Shown: piece after piece, positions 26,364-32,000 of the stretch | Numbering within the stretch: the first letter of the stretch is position 1 | Layout: every line of letters begins with the position of its first letter | From: Acaryochloris marina S15 | GTDB lineage: Bacteria > Cyanobacteriota > Cyanobacteriia > Thermosynechococcales > Thermosynechococcaceae | Assembly (NCBI RefSeq): GCF_018336915.1 | Contig: NZ_CP064923.1 | Span: 5,730,001 to 5,762,000, forward strand | Length of the DNA: 32,000 nucleotides | Direction: 5' to 3' | Position numbers and translations under genes: made by a program | The notes under the pieces: model-generated | Database searches by the model: none | The model's input: only the letters and a program-made list of their open reading frames with translations | Told to the model about the DNA's origin: nothing

Positions 26364-27446
26364 TTGACGTGTGCCTGGGAGTTAACTGTGGAGAAATTGC
26401 GAGTTGGTTTAGTGTTTGGGGGATGTTCGGGAGAGCATGAAGTATCAATCACCTCAGCGAAAGCCGTTCGCGGTGCGCTCCAAACGGCGCCTAACCCTGA
26501 TAAATATGAGGTTGTTCCTTTTTACATCCATAAAAATGGGTGTTGGCAAGCCGGTGAAGTGGCGAATCACGTTTTAGAAACGGGAAAACCTCAAGATCAA
26601 GCAGAAGAAGGCAATCGATGGCAGTTTCCCGATGCCGCAGCCTCTGTTGATGTATGGTTTCCAATCCTGCATGGCCCGAATGGAGAAGATGGGACCATTC
26701 AAGGGCTGTTACAGTTGATGCAAGTGCCTTATGTCGGTTCTGGAGTGTTGGGCTCGGCGGCTGGCATGGACAAGATCGCCATGAAAACTGTGTTTGCAGC
26801 GGCGGGATTGCCTCAAGTGAAGTATGTGCCCGTAACCCGAGAACAGGTTTGGTCCGATCCTTGTGTGTTTAAGCAGGTGTGCGATCGCATTGATGAAACC
26901 ATTGGCTATCCCAACTTTGTCAAACCCGCCAATCTAGGATCTTCCGTCGGTATTTCTAAGGTCAGATCTCGGCTGGAACTAGAAGCAGCGTTAGATAGTG
27001 CCGCTTCCTTTGATCGCCGTATTGTTGTAGAGGCAGGCGTGGTAGCTCGGGAAGTGGAATGTGCTGTTCTCGGCAATGGCAAACCTCGGGCATCGGTGGT
27101 AGGAGAAATTAGCTTCGATAGCGATTTCTACGACTACGAAACGAAATATACGGAAGGACGGGCGAGTCTCCAAATTCCGGCCCCCTTGCCAGCGGACATC
27201 ACCGAAAAAATTCAAGAGATGGCGATTAACGCTTTTATTGCGGTTGATGCAGCGGGCTTATCGCGGGTAGATTTCTTTTATGTGGAATCTACGAGAGAAG
27301 TATTGATCAATGAAATCAATACCTTGCCTGGGTTTACGTCAACCAGTATGTATCCCATGCTCTGGGGAGCTTCCGGGGTGGAATTCCCCGAATTAGTGGA
27401 TCGGCTCATTCAGTTGGCTGTGGAATATCATGCTCCATCTGATTAG
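26364..27446 (+). CDS. ddl: D-alanine--D-alanine ligase
   Basis: The N-terminal motif is [20 protein letters not shown]-grasp motifs are also present ([25 protein letters not shown]). The start is either TTG at 26364 or, more likely, GTG at 26388. Confidence 0.93.
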   Translation: MTCAWELTVEKLRVGLVFGGCSGEHEVSITSAKAVRGALQTAPNPDKYEVVPFYIHKNGCWQAGEVANHVLETGKPQDQAEEGNRWQFPDAAASVDVWFPILHGPNGEDGTIQGLLQLMQVPYVGSGVLGSAAGMDKIAMKTVFAAAGLPQVKYVPVTREQVWSDPCVFKQVCDRIDETIGYPNFVKPANLGSSVGISKVRSRLELEAALDSAASFDRRIVVEAGVVAREVECAVLGNGKPRASVVGEISFDSDFYDYETKYTEGRASLQIPAPLPADITEKIQEMAINAFIAVDAAGLSRVDFFYVESTREVLINEINTLPGFTSTSMYPMLWGASGVEFPELVDRLIQLAVEYHAPSD

Positions 27447-28756
27447 TGAGGAGGAACGACTTGACTCGTGACGCTCAAGTTTTGGCGAACGGGATTGGCG
27501 GTGATTAGATCAAAGGTCTGGGTGGTAGTTCCCCAGGATTGCATAAAGGTCTGAAGCAAGGTTTCTTGTTTGGCTCTGAACTGATCAACATTGCCTTCTC
27601 CGTTAATGACTGCGAACCAGATGACTCCCTGATTCTCGGTGGGTAAGGCTCCAGCAAGGGAACTGACACTATTCAAAGTGCCCGACTTGATCACCGATTT
27701 TTTGGGGAGGGGTCGTTCATTATGTACCCCTGGATCAGTCCCAATCACGGCAAAAATATCGGCAATGGTCATTTCTTGAGGATGCAATAGGCGAGCGATG
27801 GCTTGAAACATGCCACAGGCTGCTCTGGGTGAGATGCGATTATCGACTCCTAAACCCGAACCATTGATCAGTTGAATTTCTTGAGAAGGAACTCCGGCTT
27901 CCTGGGCTGCAATTTGAGCCACCTGCGGAGCGCCACCAACATACTTTGCTAGCATCTCGGACATGGCGTTATTGCTGTATTGGTTCATTTTTTTGAGCAG
28001 TTCAGCTACGGGGAGGGAGCGGTGCTGAATGATTGGCTTGACTAGATCTGGGCGTGTGGCTGTGGTTTGAATACTCCCTGCGATCGCAACTTCAGGCTTT
28101 GGCGTATCACCTGGCAAAGTTTGGTATTGCGTTTGGGCTTCTGCAGGCCAGCGGGTGTGATCGAGTCCCTGCTGTAATAGCGTTCTTGACGTAACAGGGT
28201 CGGACTCATAGTTCATATAAAACGGACCGACCACGATTAAATTGCCGCTGACGCTGCGAATACCGTTTTGGTTGAGGAGGTTACCGAGTGCGATCGCATC
28301 TTCCCACACAAAAAACGGATCAGACCCTCCCTCAATCACTAAATCTCCTTGCAGTTCACCGTTCTGAATCGTGCCAACATAGCCAATTTTGGTTTCAAAT
28401 AGATGGTCGGGTCCTAGTTTCTTTAAAACTGCTAAGGAAGTGGCAACTTTAGTCACAGAAGCAGCTGGTAAAGGAATGGTGCCTTGATGATTGGCGAGTA
28501 AGGTATCTTGAGTTTGAATCCATACTCCTTGACTAACAATAGGTGCTCCTAATTGGGATAAGTATTCCTCGATCTGAGGATTAGCAATAGTTGTCGGATC
28601 CGCAAGTCCTAGCTTCAGAGGTGGAAGTGCTGCAGGGGTACTGGTGGTTGGCTTGGGTAAAGGTGTTGCAGATGGCTTGACGTCTGAGTTGCTGCACCCG
28701 CTGAAGAACAGGCTGAGAGCAATAGGAATAGAAACGGTAGTTTTGATAGAGGGCAT
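27443..28756 (-). CDS. dacB: D-alanyl-D-alanine carboxypeptidase/endopeptidase, PBP4 (peptidase S13) family lipoprotein
   Basis: The active-site SxxK motif is PAASVTKV and the KTG-type motif is IKSGTL. I place the start at Met 28756, giving the signal peptide [21 protein letters not shown] with a lipobox. The stop overlaps the ddl stop. Confidence 0.8.
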   Translation of the reverse strand: MPSIKTTVSIPIALSLFFSGCSNSDVKPSATPLPKPTTSTPAALPPLKLGLADPTTIANPQIEEYLSQLGAPIVSQGVWIQTQDTLLANHQGTIPLPAASVTKVATSLAVLKKLGPDHLFETKIGYVGTIQNGELQGDLVIEGGSDPFFVWEDAIALGNLLNQNGIRSVSGNLIVVGPFYMNYESDPVTSRTLLQQGLDHTRWPAEAQTQYQTLPGDTPKPEVAIAGSIQTTATRPDLVKPIIQHRSLPVAELLKKMNQYSNNAMSEMLAKYVGGAPQVAQIAAQEAGVPSQEIQLINGSGLGVDNRISPRAACGMFQAIARLLHPQEMTIADIFAVIGTDPGVHNERPLPKKSVIKSGTLNSVSSLAGALPTENQGVIWFAVINGEGNVDQFRAKQETLLQTFMQSWGTTTQTFDLITANPVRQNLSVTSQVVPPH

Positions 28757-29061
28757 GGTGAGATATACATGCAATTGGCAATTCTTCCACATCATATGCT
28801 CTAGTGATCGAGTCAGAGTAGGATGAATATTTCTCTGCTTTTTAGGCGAGCCATCATCCACTATAAAAATATTTTTGTATGATTGTATAAAATTAGATTT
28901 GTTAACTCAAAATAGTATGAGATTGTTGATCAGGTGCTTAAGTATTTTTCAGAATAAAAATATTGGCTTAGATAGAGATCTAGAATGATGCAGTCAAGTA
29001 CTCTCTGTATTCTGGAGTTTAAAGTTACGCTTTTTAATTTAGCCGCTTTTAATAACAGCTT

Positions 29062-29574
29062 ATGAAGTCTCAAACTAAGACTCTCTCCTCATTCATGGCT
29101 ATGCTGACGGCTACGCTAATGGGAACAACAGCCTCACTGATTCTGAGGGATTGGAGGGTGATAGCAAATGCTCAGCCAATTTCCAACACTTCTACCTCGA
29201 CCACTATTTTTGCGGAAGATGGTGTTGCGATTCGAGGTACGGATCCAGTGGCATATTTTACGGTAGGCAAGCCAGTCCCAGGACGTCAAGAGTTTGCTTA
29301 TGAATGGAAAGGCGTAACGTGGTTATTTGCCAGTGCTGAACATCGAGACTTGTTTGCCAATGATCCAACAGCCTATGCGCCTCAATATGGAGGGTTCTGC
29401 GCTTATGGATTGAGTTACGGTGCATTAGTGTCGACTATGCCGGATGCTTGGTCTATTGTTGATGGCAAGCTTTATTTGAATTACAGTATCGCTATTCAAA
29501 AACAGTGGCAAGAAGACACCGCTGGTAATATTGACCGAGCCAATCTAAATTGGCTGAATTTGCAGTCTAAATAG
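29062..29574 (+). CDS. Secreted YHS-domain-like protein
   Basis: An N-terminal signal-like segment is present. GTDPVAYFT...WLFASAEHRDLFANDPTAYAPQYGGFCAYG is the pattern I associate with YHS-domain proteins. Confidence 0.6.
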   Translation: MKSQTKTLSSFMAMLTATLMGTTASLILRDWRVIANAQPISNTSTSTTIFAEDGVAIRGTDPVAYFTVGKPVPGRQEFAYEWKGVTWLFASAEHRDLFANDPTAYAPQYGGFCAYGLSYGALVSTMPDAWSIVDGKLYLNYSIAIQKQWQEDTAGNIDRANLNWLNLQSK

Positions 29575-29576
29575 TA

Positions 29577-30497
29577 TCACAAGCCTGAATGAGATATCTT
29601 TTGGGTCATTTCGTGGATTTTTTGCTCGTACCTTGTTGTAAAATCCAACCGCTTTAATAGCTGCATCAGTCGCTGCGTGAGTTGAGAATTATCGATGCAG
29701 GTGCCAAGTATCTCAACCGCTTCGTCAAGATTAACAACATCATAGGTTGCCTGCTCATCGTCCAAAGCCTCGATTTCATCAAACAAGTTTTCAAGCCGCT
29801 GGGTTGATTCTTGAGTGTTACCCAGTTTGGCAGCACAGAGAGCTAATTGCTCATCTCGTTTGAGCTTGCGCCATAACCATTCAGGGTGTTGTAACAAGAG
29901 GCTGTCCATATCAACGGCGAGATAGGACTGATAGGCCGATTGCCAAACACCAAGGTCATGATAGCAATGGGCTTGATATAGAATTGCCATTTGATGTTCG
30001 GGTTGTAGAGCATGGGCATGCTCAAAGCAACTTAAAGCTTTCCTTTGGTATGGAGATTGAGGCTCATGCCGAGCAGGATGGTTGTAGTACAGTAGCCCTT
30101 GTCTGAAGAAAATGTCTGCATCATCAGGGGCTATGACTGCTGCCCTGTTCAAAGCTTGTTCCGCATCAAGTGCAATCTGAAGCCGTGTTTGATGTTTGGG
30201 AGTGTGCCATTCTTCAACCCAATCCGAGGCAGATATGGCTAAAGATATCAAGACCTCGATGTTGTTAGGATCTGCCTGTTCAGCAGCCGTATAAATTCGT
30301 TTTAATCCGGACCAGCCATCTTCAAACCTCTTGTGTTCGAGAGAGATTGCTAGACGCCGGAGTAATTCTGACTGATCTGGATCAAAATCCTCAGCTGTGG
30401 AAATAAATTGGGCAATTTTATCGTTTGTGACCCTAATAAGCGATGCGTTTTCCGTAAAGACTTCAACTAATTCGGAAGGAAGAGGCAACAGGTCCAT
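29577..30497 (-). CDS. Hypothetical all-helical, TPR-like repeat protein
   Basis: This is an acidic protein of about 306 aa with repeated helical hairpin-like segments (ADIFFRQGLLYYNH, AILYQAHCYHDLGVWQSAYQSY). I place the start at ATG 30497, since the track begins at TTG 30503. I recognise no family. Confidence 0.55.
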   Translation of the reverse strand: MDLLPLPSELVEVFTENASLIRVTNDKIAQFISTAEDFDPDQSELLRRLAISLEHKRFEDGWSGLKRIYTAAEQADPNNIEVLISLAISASDWVEEWHTPKHQTRLQIALDAEQALNRAAVIAPDDADIFFRQGLLYYNHPARHEPQSPYQRKALSCFEHAHALQPEHQMAILYQAHCYHDLGVWQSAYQSYLAVDMDSLLLQHPEWLWRKLKRDEQLALCAAKLGNTQESTQRLENLFDEIEALDDEQATYDVVNLDEAVEILGTCIDNSQLTQRLMQLLKRLDFTTRYEQKIHEMTQKISHSGL

Positions 30498-30586
30498 CGA
30501 CAAGCAAGACTGTTATGGAGCTTAATGCTCTCAGTGTAGTCAACAAACCTGAACATTAGCTGGCAACTGACATAAAAGTTGGATCC

Positions 30587-31183
30587 TTAGGTATCAAGGC
30601 GGATATCGTCCCATTCATCACGACTATGCAGCCACTCAAAAGCATAATGACGTTGGACTAGCACGTCATAAATTAAGTCATCCGGAACAGTATTGGTTTT
30701 GAAAGCTTGCCGAGCATAGCAGTGCAGATTGTAGACCCGATCATCTTCGACCAGTAAAGCACCAGGTGATCGCAGCTTAGATGAAGCAATAAATGCAGCA
30801 ATCGGATCACCCAGGGTGGGCATGATGTCATCTACTAGGGTTGCTGTATCACACGTTTGTGTGGGCAATCCCAGGGATTGGACTTTAGAGATAGCCCAAA
30901 GCAAGGTCCATTCCGCCTCTACGCGCCAACATAAAGGACTGCGGTCCTCGTCTGTTATTTCCTTGGTGGCGAACCAAGTTTTTTCTAGGGGGGAGACACA
31001 CTCCCATATCTGCTGATCTTTAAGCCAGTCAACCAGGAGCTTTGAATCAACTTTGTATCCAACAGCAGCGACGGTATGCAAAATAATGGATCGAATGGCA
31101 ACTTCTTCGACTGAACGTGGGCATTGATTTCCTTCTTGATTCTTGAAGGGAACGGTTGCTTCGATGCATAGGTCGTGCCTCAA
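30587..31183 (-). CDS. DUF4272-like protein, probably 5'-truncated by IS1 copy B
   Basis: The segments RSVEEVAIRSIIL and WRVEAEWTLLWAISKVQSLGLP resemble DUF4272 as I remember it. The only in-frame start is TTG at 31183-31181, which lies inside the IS1 terminal repeat. There is no ATG or GTG in the first 120 or so codons of native sequence. Confidence 0.5.
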   Translation of the reverse strand: MRHDLCIEATVPFKNQEGNQCPRSVEEVAIRSIILHTVAAVGYKVDSKLLVDWLKDQQIWECVSPLEKTWFATKEITDEDRSPLCWRVEAEWTLLWAISKVQSLGLPTQTCDTATLVDDIMPTLGDPIAAFIASSKLRSPGALLVEDDRVYNLHCYARQAFKTNTVPDDLIYDVLVQRHYAFEWLHSRDEWDDIRLDT

Positions 31184-31234
31184 GTAATTGTGGGTTGAGT
31201 ATACTAGAGGCTCAGCTCAGCTTCTAACCTACCC

Positions 31235-31612
31235 ATGCAATGCCCACTATGCGGTCATTCCAAAGCACACAAGCATGGCAAGATGCCCAACATGCTTCAA
31301 CGATACCGTTGTCCTGAGTGCCAGCAGACCTTTACTGAACGCTTTGATACCCTTTACTATCGTCGTCAGGTGAGTCCAGAGCAGGTCCGACAAGTTCTCC
31401 AAGCCCATGCAGAAGGGAGTAGTCTTCGAGGTATCACTCGGACCAGTGGCCTGGCTTACAACACTGTAGTCTCTCTAGTAAGAGCTGCTAGCCAACGATC
31501 TCAGCAACTCCATAATGGCCAAGTGCAAGCCGTTGAAACGGAGGATGTCAGTGCAGATGAAATGTGGTCCTTTGTGAAAAAAAGCAAAAACACTGTCTTC
31601 CCCATGAGCTAG
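31235..31612 (+). CDS. insA: IS1-family InsA (copy B)
   Basis: The 125-aa protein is identical to the copy A InsA. An A7 slippery run lies at 31577-31583. Confidence 0.85.
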   Translation: MQCPLCGHSKAHKHGKMPNMLQRYRCPECQQTFTERFDTLYYRRQVSPEQVRQVLQAHAEGSSLRGITRTSGLAYNTVVSLVRAASQRSQQLHNGQVQAVETEDVSADEMWSFVKKSKNTVFPMS

Positions 31613-32000
31613 AGATGGGTGATTGTTGGATGGCGATTACCTTGGCAAACACAAGCGGCGTGATCCTCTCGTGTCGTGTGGGCAAGCACACCGATTCATT
31701 ATTGAATGAACTGGTGACTAGCACTGAAGGTAAGACCGATTGCAAGGACTGGAATAGCGACGATTGGGGGGGGTACGAAAGAGTGTTGCCTTGGGAGATT
31801 GACCATTACATTGGCAAGGACAGAACTCAACGACTCGAACGCACCAATGGCATTATTCGACAGCACAGTGGTCGATGGCATCGACGCCAGAACAAATTTG
31901 GCAAAGTGTGGGCGCAAACCAAAGTCACTGCTCGATTAGTGGTCAGCTATTTCAATTGGATTTGGACACACAGTCGGCTTAAAACAACGGCGGCACAACG
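31564..32000 (+). CDS. insB: IS1-family InsB (copy B), partial at the window edge
   Basis: This is the mirror image of 283-783. The frame is open to the end of the window. One synonymous difference from copy A occurs (31860, CGA versus CGG). Confidence 0.75.
   Translation, partial: MVLCEKKQKHCLPHELEMGDCWMAITLANTSGVILSCRVGKHTDSLLNELVTSTEGKTDCKDWNSDDWGGYERVLPWEIDHYIGKDRTQRLERTNGIIRQHSGRWHRRQNKFGKVWAQTKVTARLVVSYFNWIWTHSRLKTTAAQ

Larger units (their letters stand above)
31171..32000 (+). mobile_element. IS1-family insertion sequence copy B, running off the window (about 73 nt missing)
   Basis: The reverse complement of 347-1176 matches 31171-32000 at 827 of 830 positions by my base-by-base comparison. 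The copy begins with the same terminal repeat GGTCGTGCCTCAAGTAATTGTGG. Confidence 0.9.

Noticed and set aside
274-32000. The two IS1 copies plus the intervening 30 kb as a composite transposon
   Set aside because: Copy A has its own perfect 8-bp target duplication, so it inserted on its own. The supposed cargo is core chromosome (gyrA, ddl, wecB) with host-typical HIP1 content. No evidence supports a mobile unit.
1-32000. A search for CRISPR arrays, rRNA, tRNA, tmRNA, RNase P, and recognisable defence or toxin-antitoxin modules
   Set aside because: I saw no regularly spaced direct repeats, no conserved RNA signature strings, and no nuclease, methylase, Cas, abortive-infection or small paired toxin-antitoxin ORFs. 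This absence is by eye only and should be confirmed with Rfam, tRNAscan and a defence-system finder.

Overview
This is a cyanobacterial chromosomal segment. The evidence is 11 copies of the HIP1 octamer GCGATCGC plus KaiB-domain, DUF3386 and apocarotenoid-oxygenase-type genes. It carries about 27 credible protein genes and three insertion sequences. Two almost identical IS1-family copies in inverted orientation (274-1176, and 31171 to the window end) bracket the whole window. An IS630-family element lies at 3132-4354. The genes between them are mostly housekeeping or cell-envelope genes:
- gyrA, ddl, a PBP4-type DD-peptidase, wecB and two GT2 glycosyltransferases;
- a NarL-type response regulator and a low-molecular-weight tyrosine phosphatase;
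- a minus-strand run of SDR, lipoprotein, BT1 transporter, apocarotenoid oxygenase and LMW-PTP, facing a divergent 2Fe-2S protein plus ALDH3-type aldehyde dehydrogenase pair;
- a frameshifted macro-domain gene 10 nt downstream of gyrA;
- a PilT-family ATPase with a proline-rich N-terminus, followed by a long KaiB-domain protein;
- an AT-rich gene fusing an unknown domain, an M50 site-2-protease core and TPR repeats.
I found no rRNA, tRNA or CRISPR array, and no recognisable canonical defence or toxin system. The items most worth follow-up are the PilT-like/long-KaiB pair, the apocarotenoid-type gene cluster, a perfect 16-bp hairpin that buries the BT1 start codon, the M50-TPR fusion in an AT-rich islet, the macro-domain pseudogene coupled to gyrA, and the IS1 architecture, including a gene whose only start codon lies inside the IS terminal repeat. 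All functional calls rest on motif recognition by eye. No database search was run.
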